Source of the DNA: Diadema setosum
Taxonomy: Eukaryota
NCBI RefSeq assembly: GCF_964275005.1
Contig: NC_092698.1
Coordinates: 24,225,037-24,289,036, forward strand
Reading direction: 5' to 3'
Length of the DNA: 64,000 bases
Below, in pieces: positions 22,966-37,100 of this stretch. The position numbers and the translations under genes were made by a program. Each line of letters begins with the position of its first letter. Within the stretch, counting starts at the first letter, position 1. Under the pieces are notes generated by a model. That model worked only from the letters and a program-made list of their open reading frames with translations, searched no databases and was not told the DNA's origin.

Positions 22966-23624
22966 GTGAATGCAGTGCTGAGTGCAGTGTGTACAATATG
23001 CAGTTTGTGTGTAGTGTGTGTGTATGGCCAAGTATGTTATGCATTTGTTTGTGTGTGCATATACAGTAGATGTGTGTGGTGTAGTGTGTTTGTGTATGTC
23101 TGTGTGTGTATGGATATGTGTGTGGTGTAAAGTGGTTGTGTGTATGTTTGTGTATGGATATATGTTTTGTGTAATGCATTTGTTCTTGTGAATTAGTGTA
23201 GAGTTTGAGCATGTACATATGTACTTGTACTGTGCAAAAATATTACACACTAAAAAAAGGACATTTTCTGGTTGCTGGGACTCATTGTGAATATTTGTTA
23301 CATTGTACAGTAATACCAGATTGAATTGCTCTCTTTGGTATCATTTGATTGAAGTGAATGAATATCATTGAAAAAGAAAATGTACTTAGGCCTACTGATA
23401 GCAAATATTGGAAAAACACAGTTGATACTAGTGAGCCATCTGCACTCACTAAGTTACGAAGGTAATGGTTAATTTCCCTGTTTCAAGATACATACTGATT
23501 ACTTGAATTTCATATTCAACGTATTTCCTGTTTCTCAGTGAAGAATGCATACACTTGTAAAATGTGAACAAAGTAGAATAAAGTATGATAGCCAACTTGA
23601 ATATGCAAATAGAATACAATTAAA

Positions 23625-23625
23625 T

Positions 23626-23652
<27 letters not shown>
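23625..23652. repeat. (CA)n microsatellite
   Basis: acacacacacacacacacacacac. Confidence 0.9.
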
Positions 23653-23656
<4 letters not shown>

Positions 23657-23763
23657 CAAAAAACCAGTGATCAATTTATGGAAGATGGAATCTACGTATG
23701 CGCGGTAAATGGAGATTATGCGACTGATGGCGTAAACACTTTGTCCACTTTTTATGCATGCAG

Positions 23764-23916
23764 GTGTCCACAGAGGTCCATCACACAGAGAGACTGACTG
23801 CAGAGGGCGCTGTTCTAGTTGACACGTTGCGGGTCATGATGCAGACGGCAAGCTCACACGCCGATGTCGCCGTCTCCTCACTCGCTGCAGACATCTTGCG
23901 CATCGTTGATGGTTGA
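23764..23916 (+). CDS. Terminal coding exon (VSTEVHHTERLTAEGAVLVDTLRVMMQTASSHADVAVSSLAADILRIVDG*) of the ARM/HEAT-repeat protein. A ULK4/STK36-like kinase-associated ARM family is possible but unverified.
   Basis: Acceptor tttatgcatgcag|GTG. In-frame TGA at 23914-23916. The phase chain of all upstream exons closes exactly here. Confidence 0.65.
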   Translation: MSTEVHHTERLTAEGAVLVDTLRVMMQTASSHADVAVSSLAADILRIVDG

Positions 23917-24075
23917 GAGAACTGTCATTCCTCCTGATATTATGTGATCCCGCACATGTAAAATTTGCAGTTGTTCGGCATTTCAGGTACCTTTCAACTG
24001 CACTGTGACAGATCCCCATAGTAACTTGCACAGTAGCCTTCTGGACTTATTCAACTGTGGACTTGTGGCAGTACT

Positions 24076-24260
24076 CCTAGGCCCCGTTGCTAGAAACTTT
24101 GCGTTTAAACGCAACTTGCAACTGATTGTCACTGGCCAATCAAAATCATTGTTCCATGCATGTCTTCTTAATAGGGCAGACCCTGAGCCAATCAGAATGG
24201 TTGTTTCAAAATTAGCAATTATTTGCAATTGATTGCAACTTTCTTGCAACGGGGCCCTAG
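24076..24260. mobile_element. Small MITE with CTAGGCCCCGTTGC TIRs in the 3' flank/UTR of the ARM gene
   Basis: cctaggccccgttgctagaaactttgc vs gcaactttcttgcaacggggccctag. Confidence 0.45.
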
Positions 24261-24414
24261 ACAGATGAGAATTGCTTTGTTTAATCCTTACTGTTCTTTC
24301 CTAGCAGATTGGCACATCGGTCTTGAAACTAGTTGTCAATGAATTGAGATTGTCTGATCCCCTTAATCTGTTTTGTGTCAACATGGTCTTCCTGTTTAAC
24401 TCACAGGGACATTG

Positions 24415-24945
24415 CTACGCTTGAGTTAGCCTTTTGACAAGACTTTGTGGCTGAGGAATGAAAATAACTCGCCACACTGAGCAGTGCGAGTAACAGGTGA
24501 AAGGGAGATCAAGTGGCGCAGCCGGGAGGCCTTTTGAAACCTTTTTTTTTTTCCTGCGTCTTCACGACGCATACAAACATGAGTTATTCATGTATTCGTG
24601 AGTTAACCTGCAGTTGGTATGCTAATGAATCACGGTTCAGCGCTGGCGAAGCAGGCTGCGACCACAGGCAGCGCAAGTGGGATGTGAATGAGCAAGCCGC
24701 TGACATGCAAATTTATGTGTATTCATTATATGCAATGTCACTGTGAGCAATGCGATTGCTGATTGACCACTACCTTTTTGGTAGTACAATCGACGAGAAA
24801 CAGGGCTCAAGATAAGAAATTCATATCTGGTTTAAAAAGGCCTCCTGACTGTGCCACTGGGCCTCGCGTTCACTCATTCCCTCGCAGTTAGACTCTTTTT
24901 CAGCCACGGGGTCTTGTCAAAAGGCTATGCCTGAGTAGCCTAGCT
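24415..24945. mobile_element. MITE-like element with ~30-bp TIRs (GCCTTTTGACAAGAC…GTGGCTGA)
   Basis: gccttttgacaagactttgtggctga at 24429-24455, and its reverse complement cagccacggggtcttgtcaaaaggc at 24899-24925. Confidence 0.45.
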
Positions 24946-25882
24946 AACTTTAATTACAACCAGGTCAAGTTTGGATGGATTAATGGACTGTGTTGAAAAA
25001 ACTTGGCAAGATCAAGATAACTGCCTTGGCATATAAGGAATTAACCTAAATATTGCTTTGTCAAGTTGGGTACGGGGGAGGGTGTTATGCTACAAGGAAA
25101 TGTACCTTGGGAGCCCAGTTTTTACGATCTCATAGTAATCATAAGTGTCTTAATCAACCCTTCTCCGAAGTATGTGACCAGTCATCACATAAGCTCTCCA
25201 AAAATTATGATTTGCTTTGCTTTGTATTCAAAAACGTGTCACAGGAAAGGTAAGAAAGGTGATCACCAGATAAGATTTCAAACTTTGAAACTAATTGCAA
25301 ATATAAAATTTGTCATTGTGTGAAATATTGTTGGATCCTGTCCCGACATATGTATTCCTGCAATAATAATGCTTAGTTTTGTTTTGTATATTTTTTCTTC
25401 ATTCTTTATTGGCCTCAAGCAACAGATAAATAAGTGCGATGATCTCTACTCATTGACTGTAAGTTTCCAGGCACCTGTGCCAAATATTGAAGAAAGGACT
25501 CCAGCACCTGTGCCACATGGCGAACAAAACACTGTTAAGATTTAAAAACACAAAGTATGAATACTCATATATGATATTGGTCAGCAATGAATGGGATAAG
25601 AGGGAATATTGGCCCTAACGAGTGAAACTTCCCGTGGTATTCCATGAAATAAAGCCATTCAGTATAATTATGTACCTATAAACGATATCTAGAACCTACG
25701 TATATAAAGCATAAATTGTGAAAACCAGTTACTCTGCAGATTTAACATGAGAGCTTATTGGATTTCTGCAGGAGTGCTAATCCCACTCAGAGCTTGAAAC
25801 AGATGTTACCAGGGCACTGTTTCATAAAAGTTGTCAGTCTCTGATAATTACCATTTTAGTGACAGTCAATGACCAGAGCTTC

Positions 25883-26467
25883 TCAGCCAATCGAAACCAA
25901 TGATTTTACTGAAATTATCAGAGACCGACAACTTGTCAGACTGACAACATTACTGAAATGGTGCCCAGCTGTATGCTTTGTGCATGTGCAACAGTAGATG
26001 TCATGAAATGACCTTTCTATATTTTTTGTTACAAATGAAGCGGCTGGTGTAGAGACTAACCAGCAAAAGAACGTGTTCGGGAAGTTTGACATCTTCTGCT
26101 GGACTGGCTTTCCTCTGTGTTTCCTGCAGACAACACATTCTTGAACAACATGTTTTGAGATGCTCGTATCTCCAACAATCCAGTACTTCTTCCGAACTTC
26201 TGTTGCTGTTCGGAGATGAACCCCATGGAGAGCGTGAATGTGCCTGTCACGTATAATCAGCAGACTGATACGATTCATCCAAGGGAGAAGGTACAGGTGA
26301 CGAACATCAAAGGACAGTGGTGCACGATCAGTATGCCCTCCAACACGGTACACCTGGTCATCCTCATCATAGAACGGGTCCAACTTCATGATGTTTGGAT
26401 CGCGAAAGTCATTGTCTCTTTGCGCTTCTCGGATCCAGTACAGCTCCGCTTCCTTGATGTGTTTCAA
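25883..26467 (-). CDS. Integrase N-terminal HHCC zinc-finger region of BEL/Pao pol. The catalytic core is missing.
   Basis: …AELYWIREAQRD…DQVYRVGGHTDRAPLSFDVRHLYLLPWMNRISLLIIRDRHIHALHGVHLRTATEVRKKYWIVGDTSISKHVVQECVVCRK… is the characteristic BEL/Pao pre-integrase block. The sequence past 'KPVQQKM' is not integrase-like. Confidence 0.55.
   Translation of the reverse strand: MKHIKEAELYWIREAQRDNDFRDPNIMKLDPFYDEDDQVYRVGGHTDRAPLSFDVRHLYLLPWMNRISLLIIRDRHIHALHGVHLRTATEVRKKYWIVGDTSISKHVVQECVVCRKHRGKPVQQKMSNFPNTFFCWLVSTPAASFVTKNIERSFHDIYCCTCTKHTAGHHFSNVVSLTSCRSLIISVKSLVSIG
25995..26100. repeat. Left member of a ~100-bp inverted-repeat pair that brackets the BEL-like element
   Basis: gtcatgaaatgacctttctatattttttgttacaaatgaagcggctggtgtagagactaaccagcaaaagaacgtgttcgggaagtttgaca is the reverse complement of 46801-46892, with ~5 mismatches in 92. 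Confidence 0.75.
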
Positions 26468-26497
26468 AGAAGGCCACTGAGGGATCTGGTGAGTAAG

Positions 26498-27016
26498 CTA
26501 CTTCAACCATAGCTTCTTGGGAACGTCCTTCATGGAGAGGACTCTGGCTGTAGTCATCAATAACTTTGGCCACCTGGAGTACTTAGTGGCATCAATCATT
26601 GGAGGAGGCCTGGATGCAGTGTTGATTGTGACTGCTAAGGTCTTAGCATTCCTGGCATGAAATTTCTTCTGTTCTGGATCCTTAGCGTTTACAGGAACGT
26701 TCTCCGGTGTCTTGGGCCAAGATACAGGAGACAACTTCAAATACTCCGGCCCCTCGATGACTCTCTTCATCTCTGCTGCAGTGGCTCCCCTGGAAACCAG
26801 GTTGATGACGTTCTGGTCTGTAGGAACATACTCAATATCCCTGTAGGGGTCAAACTCAGAGGTAATCTCACCAACACGGTGGGCAACATATGAGCGAAAG
26901 GACTTGGACTGTCCCTGGAGCCAGCTGATAGCAGTCATACTATCAGTCCAGATCCTGGAGTACGCAATGTTGAAGCGCAGCACATTCTTCAGGGTGACCA
27001 TCAGTCTCAACAGCAA
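26498..27016 (-). CDS. RNase H region of BEL/Pao pol
   Basis: …RIWTDSMTAISWLQGQSKSFRSYVAHRVGEI… follows the RT in the same orientation. Confidence 0.5.
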   Translation of the reverse strand: MLLRLMVTLKNVLRFNIAYSRIWTDSMTAISWLQGQSKSFRSYVAHRVGEITSEFDPYRDIEYVPTDQNVINLVSRGATAAEMKRVIEGPEYLKLSPVSWPKTPENVPVNAKDPEQKKFHARNAKTLAVTINTASRPPPMIDATKYSRWPKLLMTTARVLSMKDVPKKLWLK

Positions 27017-27247
27017 CAGGAGTGCTTGTAGTTCTTTTCGTGGAATACTGGACTGCTTGTGTGGAGTGAGGCAGGCTCTTGCTGCAACAAATGACAGCTA
27101 CGCTTCACAGTCCGCGGAGTGTGACCATCTCAACCACACGCCGATGCCCATCGCATCCTCTGAGGCATCACTCGCGCCGTGCATGGACACTTCTGGTAGA
27201 GGCCGCCTCCCTCTGTACATCTCGGGAATTGTAAAGCACCGTGGGAT

Positions 27248-28053
27248 TTAAATGGTGGCTGCTTCCTGTAGATCGCTGTTGATGGCACTCAGGAGTGAGC
27301 ACAGTTCAGATCTGTCATTCAAGGGGGTATCCCAATCAACACCCAATTGCCAAAGCTTCTGCATCAGAATCTTGGGGCGAACGAGGAGTCCAGACAACAT
27401 ACCAAAAACGTCGTAGTATGATGCTGTTTGAGCTAGGATCTTGCGTTTAGTTGGTATCGCATTGTCAGATGTCTTCACTTCCTTAACACTCAAGGTGTCT
27501 GTTGCGAGATTCCAGCGAGTACCCAGAACAGTTGCGAAACTGGTGTCTTCAGTCTGATCACACACTTCTTTGACAATTGACTGCCACTTTCTTATGGAAA
27601 AGTTTCCCTTTTTCAACGTCTCCGTCAGCTTTGACTTTAGTTCAAGTGCCTCTGCAGGGTTGATGACAGACTCATTGAGGTCATCCATGTAGAACTGTTC
27701 TGCAGCCACCCGCTTCAATCTCTCATCATTAGATGCATGCTCATGGATTATGTGTCTCAGGGTGACGATGGCGGCGGTGGGGGAGGGCTTGTCCCCAAAT
27801 GTGACTGTTGTGAGTTTGTAGATTTGGATAGGGTGATTTGGGTTTTCCTAAACACAAATCTGTGGAACCGCGCATCCTCTGGCTGTATTTTGATGGCCTG
27901 AAACATTTTGCTGATGTCTGCAATGACGCCGACTTCGTTCTCAAGGAATCGTAGCGCTACGTCAAAGTGGTTGGAATTGACATCTGGGGATCTTTTCCAA
28001 GGAAGTCCGACCTCATACGAACCATCAGAAAGACGAGTGACACTCTCTTCCAT
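27248..28053 (-). CDS. Reverse transcriptase region of BEL/Pao pol, in two frame-shifted ORFs (27757-28053 and 27248-27718)
   Basis: …EVGLPWKRSPDVNSNHFDVALRFLENEVGVIADISKMFQAIKIQPEDARFHRFVFRK… and …FYMDDLNESV…GNFSIRKWQSI… (YXDD motif). Confidence 0.6.
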
Positions 28054-28093
28054 TTTGACTGTTCCACTCTTTTCTTCAAAGTCGGCAGTGCAA

Positions 28094-28105
28094 CGACATC
28101 TCCTT
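28094..28105. repeat. Left copy of the 12-bp direct repeat CGACATCTCCTT flanking the whole array. It is TSD-like.
   Basis: Identical 12-mer at 44734-44745. Flanking sequence on both sides is BEL/Pao pol coding sequence. Confidence 0.7.
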
Positions 28106-31100
28106 GTTCAAATTCATGAAATTCTTCCGTCGAGATGTTTTCATTGCAACTGATTGACAAATTGCCCTACATCGACGTAAATAAGCACTGAATTGATCAG
28201 TGTTTTAGTAGTAGCCATGATAAAAAAATCATGGGCGTACATACTCGAGCAGGATTCGAACCCACGACCTCCTGATCACCGGACAGGCGTCATCTCCACT
28301 AGACCACCGAGCTTTCGCCCGACAGCAAGTGTAGGTTCTAATCCTTATAGCATGCAGCGGGTACTGCTTTGTTATTCAAATTCATGAAATTCTTCCGTCG
28401 AGATGTTTTCATTGCAACTGATTGACAAATTGCCCTACATCGACGTAAATAAGCACTGAATTGATCAGTGTTTTAGTAGTAGCCATGATAAAAAAATCAT
28501 GGGCGTACATACTCGAGCAGGATTCGAACCCACGACCTCCTGATCACCGGACAGGCGTCATCTCCACTAGACCACCGAGCTTTCGCCCGACAGCAAGTGT
28601 AGGTTCTAATCCTTATAGCATGCAGCGGGTACTGCTTTGTTATTCAAATTCATGAAATTCTTCCGTCGAGATGTTTTCATTGCAACTGATTGACAAATTG
28701 CCCTACATCGACGTAAATAAGCACTGAATTGATCAGTGTTTTAGTAGTAGCCATGATAAAAAAATCATGGGCGTACATACTCGAGCAGGATTCGAACCCA
28801 CGACCTCCTGATCACCGGACAGGCGTCATCTCCACTAGACCACCGAGCTTTCGCCCGACAGCAAGTGTAGGTTCTAATCCTTATAGCATGCAGCGGGTAC
28901 TGCTTTGTTATTCAAATTCATGAAATTCTTCCGTCGAGATGTTTTCATTGCAACTGATTGACAAATTGCCCTACATCGACGTAAATAAGCACTGAATTGA
29001 TCAGTGTTTTAGTAGTAGCCATGATAAAAAAATCATGGGCGTACATACTCGAGCAGGATTCGAACCCACGACCTCCTGATCACCGGACAGGCGTCATCTC
29101 CACTAGACCACCGAGCTTTCGCCCGACAGCAAGTGTAGGTTCTAATCCTTATAGCATGCAGCGGGTACTGCTTTGTTATTCAAATTCATGAAATTCTTCC
29201 GTCGAGATGTTTTCATTGCAACTGATTGACAAATTGCCCTACATCGACGTAAATAAGCACTGAATTGATCAGTGTTTTAGTAGTAGCCATGATAAAAAAA
29301 TCATGGGCGTACATACTCGAGCAGGATTCGAACCCACGACCTCCTGATCACCGGACAGGCGTCATCTCCACTAGACCACCGAGCTTTCGCCCGACAGCAA
29401 GTGTAGGTTCTAATCCTTATAGCATGCAGCGGGTACTGCTTTGTTATTCAAATTCATGAAATTCTTCCGTCGAGATGTTTTCATTGCAACTGATTGACAA
29501 ATTGCCCTACATCGACGTAAATAAGCACTGAATTGATCAGTGTTTTAGTAGTAGCCATGATAAAAAATCATGGGCGTACATACTCGAGCAGGATTCGAAC
29601 CCACGACCTCCTGATCACCGGACAGGCGTCATCTCCACTAGACCACCGAGCTTTCGCCCGACAGCAAGTGTAGGTTCTAATCCTTATAGCATGCAGCGGG
29701 TACTGCTTTGTTATTCAAATTCATGAAATTCTTCCGTCGAGATGTTTTCATTGCAACTGATTGACAAATTGCCCTACATCGACGTAAATAAGCACTGAAT
29801 TGATCAGTGTTTTAGTAGTAGCCATGATAAAAAAATCATGGGCGTACATACTCGAGCAGGATTCGAACCCACGACCTCCTGATCACCGGACAGGCGTCAT
29901 CTCCACTAGACCACCGAGCTTTCGCCCGACAGCAAGTGTAGGTTCTAATCCTTATAGCATGCAGCGGGTACTGCTTTGTTATTCAAATTCATGAAATTCT
30001 TCCGTCGAGATGTTTTCATTGCAACTGATTGACAAATTGCCCTACATCGACGTAAATAAGCACTGAATTGATCAGTGTTTTAGTAGTAGCCATGATAAAA
30101 AAATCATGGGCGTACATACTCGAGCAGGATTCGAACCCACGACCTCCTGATCACCGGACAGGCGTCATCTCCACTAGACCACCGAGCTTTCGCCCGACAG
30201 CAAGTGTACAGTGTAGGTTCTAATCCTTATAGCATGCAGCGGGTACTGCTTTGTTATTCAAATTCATGAAATTCTTCCGTCGAGATGTTTTCATTGCAAC
30301 TGATTGACAAATTGCCCTACATCGACGTAAATAAGCACTGAATTGATCAGTGTTTTAGTAGTAGCCATGATAAAAAAATCATGGGCGTACATACTCGAGC
30401 AGGATTCGAACCCACGACCTCCTGATCACCGGACAGGCGTCATCTCCACTAGACCACCGAGCTTTCGCCCGACAGCAAGTGTAGGTTCTAATCCTTATAG
30501 CATGCAGCGGGTACTGCTTTGTTATTCAAATTCATGAAATTCTTCCGTCGAGATGTTTTCATTGCAACTGATTGACAAATTGCCCTACATCGACGTAAAT
30601 AAGCACTGAATTGATCAGTGTTTTAGTAGTAGCCATGATAAAAAAATCATGGGCGTACATACTCGAGCAGGATTCGAACCCACGACCTCCTGATCACCGG
30701 ACAGGCGTCATCTCCACTAGACCACCGAGCTTTCGCCCGACAGCAAGTGTAGGTTCTAATCCTTATAGCATGCAGCGGGTACTGCTTTGTTATTCAAATT
30801 CATGAAATTCTTCCGTCGAGATGTTTTCATTGCAACTGATTGACAAATTGCCCTACATCGACGTAAATAAGCACTGAATTGATCAGTGTTTTAGTAGTAG
30901 CCATGATAAAAAAATCATGGGCGTACATACTCGAGCAGGATTCGAACCCACGACCTCCTGATCACCGGACAGGCGTCATCTCCACTAGACCACCGAGCTT
31001 TCGCCCGACAGCAAGTGTAGGTTCTAATCCTTATAGCATGCAGCGGGTACTGCTTTGTTATTCAAATTCATGAAATTCTTCCGTCGAGATGTTTTCATTG

Positions 31101-34100
31101 CAACTGATTGACAAATTGCCCTACATCGACGTAAATAAGCACTGAATTGATCAGTGTTTTAGTAGTAGCCATGATAAAAAAATCATGGGCGTACATACTC
31201 GAGCAGGATTCGAACCCACGACCTCCTGATCACCGGACAGGCGTCATCTCCACTAGACCACCGAGCTTTCGCCCGACAGCAAGTGTAGGTTCTAATCCTT
31301 ATAGCATGCAGCGGGTACTGCTTTGTTATTCAAATTCATGAAATTCTTCCGTCGAGATGTTTTCATTGCAACTGATTGACAAATTGCCCTACATCGACGT
31401 AAATAAGCACTGAATTGATCAGTGTTTTAGTAGTAGCCATGATAAAAAAATCATGGGCGTACATACTCGAGCAGGATTCGAACCCACGACCTCCTGATCA
31501 CCGGACAGGCGTCATCTCCACTAGACCACCGAGCTTTCGCCCGACAGCAAGTGTAGGTTCTAATCCTTATAGCATGCAGCGGGTACTGCTTTGTTATTCA
31601 AATTCATGAAATTCTTCCGTCGAGATGTTTTCATTGCAACTGATTGACAAATTGCCCTACATCGACGTAAATAAGCACTGAATTGATCAGTGTTTTAGTA
31701 GTAGCCATGATAAAAAAATCATGGGCGTACATACTCGAGCAGGATTCGAACCCACGACCTCCTGATCACCGGACAGGCGTCATCTCCACTAGACCACCGA
31801 GCTTTCGCCCGACAGCAAGTGTAGGTTCTAATCCTTATAGCATGCAGCGGGTACTGCTTTGTTATTCAAATTCATGAAATTCTTCCGTCGAGATGTTTTC
31901 ATTGCAACTGATTGACAAATTGCCCTACATCGACGTAAATAAGCACTGAATTGATCAGTGTTTTAGTAGTAGCCATGATAAAAAAATCATGGGCGTACAT
32001 ACTCGAGCAGGATTCGAACCCACGACCTCCTGATCACCGGACAGGCGTCATCTCCACTAGACCACCGAGCTTTCGCCCGACAGCAAGTGTAGGTTCTAAT
32101 CCTTATAGCATGCAGCGGGTACTGCTTTGTTATTCAAATTCATGAAATTCTTCCGTCGAGATGTTTTCATTGCAACTGATTGACAAATTGCCCTACATCG
32201 ACGTAAATAAGCACTGAATTGATCAGTGTTTTAGTAGTAGCCATGATAAAAAAATCATGGGCGTACATACTCGAGCAGGATTCGAACCCACGACCTCCTG
32301 ATCACCGGACAGGCGTCATCTCCACTAGACCACCGAGCTTTCGCCCGACAGCAAGTGTAGGTTCTAATCCTTATAGCATGCAGCGGGTACTGCTTTGTTA
32401 TTCAAATTCATGAAATTCTTCCGTCGAGATGTTTTCATTGCAACTGATTGACAAATTGCCCTACATCGACGTAAATAAGCACTGAATTGATCAGTGTTTT
32501 AGTAGTAGCCATGATAAAAAAATCATGGGCGTACATACTCGAGCAGGATTCGAACCCACGACCTCCTGATCACCGGACAGGCGTCATCTCCACTAGACCA
32601 CCGAGCTTTCGCCCGACAGCAAGTGTAGGTTCTAATCCTTATAGCATGCAGCGGGTACTGCTTTGTTATTCAAATTCATGAAATTCTTCCGTCGAGATGT
32701 TTTCATTGCAACTGATTGACAAATTGCCCTACATCGACGTAAATAAGCACTGAATTGATCAGTGTTTTAGTAGTAGCCATGATAAAAAAATCATGGGCGT
32801 ACATACTCGAGCAGGATTCGAACCCACGACCTCCTGATCACCGGACAGGCGTCATCTCCACTAGACCACCGAGCTTTCGCCCGACAGCAAGTGTAGGTTC
32901 TAATCCTTATAGCATGCAGCGGGTACTGCTTTGTTATTCAAATTCATGAAATTCTTCCGTCGAGATGTTTTCATTGCAACTGATTGACAAATTGCCCTAC
33001 ATCGACGTAAATAAGCACTGAATTGATCAGTGTTTTAGTAGTAGCCATGATAAAAAAATCATGGGCGTACATACTCGAGCAGGATTCGAACCCACGACCT
33101 CCTGATCACCGGACAGGCGTCATCTCCACTAGACCACCGAGCTTTCGCCCGACAGCAAGTGTAGGTTCTAATCCTTATAGCATGCAGCGGGTACTGCTTT
33201 GTTATTCAAATTCATGAAATTCTTCCGTCGAGATGTTTTCATTGCAACTGATTGACAAATTGCCCTACATCGACGTAAATAAGCACTGAATTGATCAGTG
33301 TTTTAGTAGTAGCCATGATAAAAAAATCATGGGCGTACATACTCGAGCAGGATTCGAACCCACGACCTCCTGATCACCGGACAGGCGTCATCTCCACTAG
33401 ACCACCGAGCTTTCGCCCGACAGCAAGTGTAGGTTCTAATCCTTATAGCATGCAGCGGGTACTGCTTTGTTATTCAAATTCATGAAATTCTTCCGTCGAG
33501 ATGTTTTCATTGCAACTGATTGACAAATTGCCCTACATCGACGTAAATAAGCACTGAATTGATCAGTGTTTTAGTAGTAGCCATGATAAAAAAATCATGG
33601 GCGTACATACTCGAGCAGGATTCGAACCCACGACCTCCTGATCACCGGACAGGCGTCATCTCCACTAGACCACCGAGCTTTCGCCCGACAGCAAGTGTAG
33701 GTTCTAATCCTTATAGCATGCAGCGGGTACTGCTTTGTTATTCAAATTCATGAAATTCTTCCGTCGAGATGTTTTCATTGCAACTGATTGACAAATTGCC
33801 CTACATCGACGTAAATAAGCACTGAATTGATCAGTGTTTTAGTAGTAGCCATGATAAAAAAATCATGGGCGTACATACTCGAGCAGGATTCGAACCCACG
33901 ACCTCCTGATCACCGGACAGGCGTCATCTCCACTAGACCACCGAGCTTTCGCCCGACAGCAAGTGTAGGTTCTAATCCTTATAGCATGCAGCGGGTACTG
34001 CTTTGTTATTCAAATTCATGAAATTCTTCCGTCGAGATGTTTTCATTGCAACTGATTGACAAATTGCCCTACATCGACGTAAATAAGCACTGAATTGATC

Positions 34101-37100
34101 AGTGTTTTAGTAGTAGCCATGATAAAAAAATCATGGGCGTACATACTCGAGCAGGATTCGAACCCACGACCTCCTGATCACCGGACAGGCGTCATCTCCA
34201 CTAGACCACCGAGCTTTCGCCCGACAGCAAGTGTAGGTTCTAATCCTTATAGCATGCAGCGGGTACTGCTTTGTTATTCAAATTCATGAAATTCTTCCGT
34301 CGAGATGTTTTCATTGCAACTGATTGACAAATTGCCCTACATCGACGTAAATAAGCACTGAATTGATCAGTGTTTTAGTAGTAGCCATGATAAAAAAATC
34401 ATGGGCGTACATACTCGAGCAGGATTCGAACCCACGACCTCCTGATCACCGGACAGGCGTCATCTCCACTAGACCACCGAGCTTTCGCCCGACAGCAAGT
34501 GTAGGTTCTAATCCTTATAGCATGCAGCGGGTACTGCTTTGTTATTCAAATTCATGAAATTCTTCCGTCGAGATGTTTTCATTGCAACTGATTGACAAAT
34601 TGCCCTACATCGACGTAAATAAGCACTGAATTGATCAGTGTTTTAGTAGTAGCCATGATAAAAAAATCATGGGCGTACATACTCGAGCAGGATTCGAACC
34701 CACGACCTCCTGATCACCGGACAGGCGTCATCTCCACTAGACCACCGAGCTTTCGCCCGACAGCAAGTGTAGGTTCTAATCCTTATAGCATGCAGCGGGT
34801 ACTGCTTTGTTATTCAAATTCATGAAATTCTTCCGTCGAGATGTTTTCATTGCAACTGATTGACAAATTGCCCTACATCGACGTAAATAAGCACTGAATT
34901 GATCAGTGTTTTAGTAGTAGCCATGATAAAAAAATCATGGGCGTACATACTCGAGCAGGATTCGAACCCACGACCTCCTGATCACCGGACAGGCGTCATC
35001 TCCACTAGACCACCGAGCTTTCGCCCGACAGCAAGTGTAGGTTCTAATCCTTATAGCATGCAGCGGGTACTGCTTTGTTATTCAAATTCATGAAATTCTT
35101 CCGTCGAGATGTTTTCATTGCAACTGATTGACAAATTGCCCTACATCGACGTAAATAAGCACTGAATTGATCAGTGTTTTAGTAGTAGCCATGATAAAAA
35201 AATCATGGGCGTACATACTCGAGCAGGATTCGAACCCACGACCTCCTGATCACCGGACAGGCGTCATCTCCACTAGACCACCGAGCTTTCGCCCGACAGC
35301 AAGTGTAGGTTCTAATCCTTATAGCATGCAGCGGGTACTGCTTTGTTATTCAAATTCATGAAATTCTTCCGTCGAGATGTTTTCATTGCAACTGATTGAC
35401 AAATTGCCCTACATCGACGTAAATAAGCACTGAATTGATCAGTGTTTTAGTAGTAGCCATGATAAAAAAATCATGGGCGTACATACTCGAGCAGGATTCG
35501 AACCCACGACCTCCTGATCACCGGACAGGCGTCATCTCCACTAGACCACCGAGCTTTCGCCCGACAGCAAGTGTAGGTTCTAATCCTTATAGCATGCAGC
35601 GGGTACTGCTTTGTTATTCAAATTCATGAAATTCTTCCGTCGAGATGTTTTCATTGCAACTGATTGACAAATTGCCCTACATCGACGTAAATAAGCACTG
35701 AATTGATCAGTGTTTTAGTAGTAGCCATGATAAAAAAATCATGGGCGTACATACTCGAGCAGGATTCGAACCCACGACCTCCTGATCACCGGACAGGCGT
35801 CATCTCCACTAGACCACCGAGCTTTCGCCCGACAGCAAGTGTAGGTTCTAATCCTTATAGCATGCAGCGGGTACTGCTTTGTTATTCAAATTCATGAAAT
35901 TCTTCCGTCGAGATGTTTTCATTGCAACTGATTGACAAATTGCCCTACATCGACGTAAATAAGCACTGAATTGATCAGTGTTTTAGTAGTAGCCATGATA
36001 AAAAAATCATGGGCGTACATACTCGAGCAGGATTCGAACCCACGACCTCCTGATCACCGGACAGGCGTCATCTCCACTAGACCACCGAGCTTTCGCCCGA
36101 CAGCAAGTGTAGGTTCTAATCCTTATAGCATGCAGCGGGTACTGCTTTGTTATTCAAATTCATGAAATTCTTCCGTCGAGATGTTTTCATTGCAACTGAT
36201 TGACAAATTGCCCTACATCGACGTAAATAAGCACTGAATTGATCAGTGTTTTAGTAGTAGCCATGATAAAAAAATCATGGGCGTACATACTCGAGCAGGA
36301 TTCGAACCCACGACCTCCTGATCACCGGACAGGCGTCATCTCCACTAGACCACCGAGCTTTCGCCCGACAGCAAGTGTAGGTTCTAATCCTTATAGCATG
36401 CAGCGGGTACTGCTTTGTTATTCAAATTCATGAAATTCTTCCGTCGAGATGTTTTCATTGCAACTGATTGACAAATTGCCCTACATCGACGTAAATAAGC
36501 ACTGAATTGATCAGTGTTTTAGTAGTAGCCATGATAAAAAAATCATGGGCGTACATACTCGAGCAGGATTCGAACCCACGACCTCCTGATCACCGGACAG
36601 GCGTCATCTCCACTAGACCACCGAGCTTTCGCCCGACAGCAAGTGTAGGTTCTAATCCTTATAGCATGCAGCGGGTACTGCTTTGTTATTCAAATTCATG
36701 AAATTCTTCCGTCGAGATGTTTTCATTGCAACTGATTGACAAATTGCCCTACATCGACGTAAATAAGCACTGAATTGATCAGTGTTTTAGTAGTAGCCAT
36801 GATAAAAAAATCATGGGCGTACATACTCGAGCAGGATTCGAACCCACGACCTCCTGATCACCGGACAGGCGTCATCTCCACTAGACCACCGAGCTTTCGC
36901 CCGACAGCAAGTGTAGGTTCTAATCCTTATAGCATGCAGCGGGTACTGCTTTGTTATTCAAATTCATGAAATTCTTCCGTCGAGATGTTTTCATTGCAAC
37001 TGATTGACAAATTGCCCTACATCGACGTAAATAAGCACTGAATTGATCAGTGTTTTAGTAGTAGCCATGATAAAAAAAATCATGGGCGTACATACTCGAG

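Noticed and set aside
22720-23250. 176-aa ORF on the - strand over 22720-23250
   Set aside because: It is antisense to a well-supported exon, and continues into an intronic TG-rich repeat (His/Thr-rich, low complexity).
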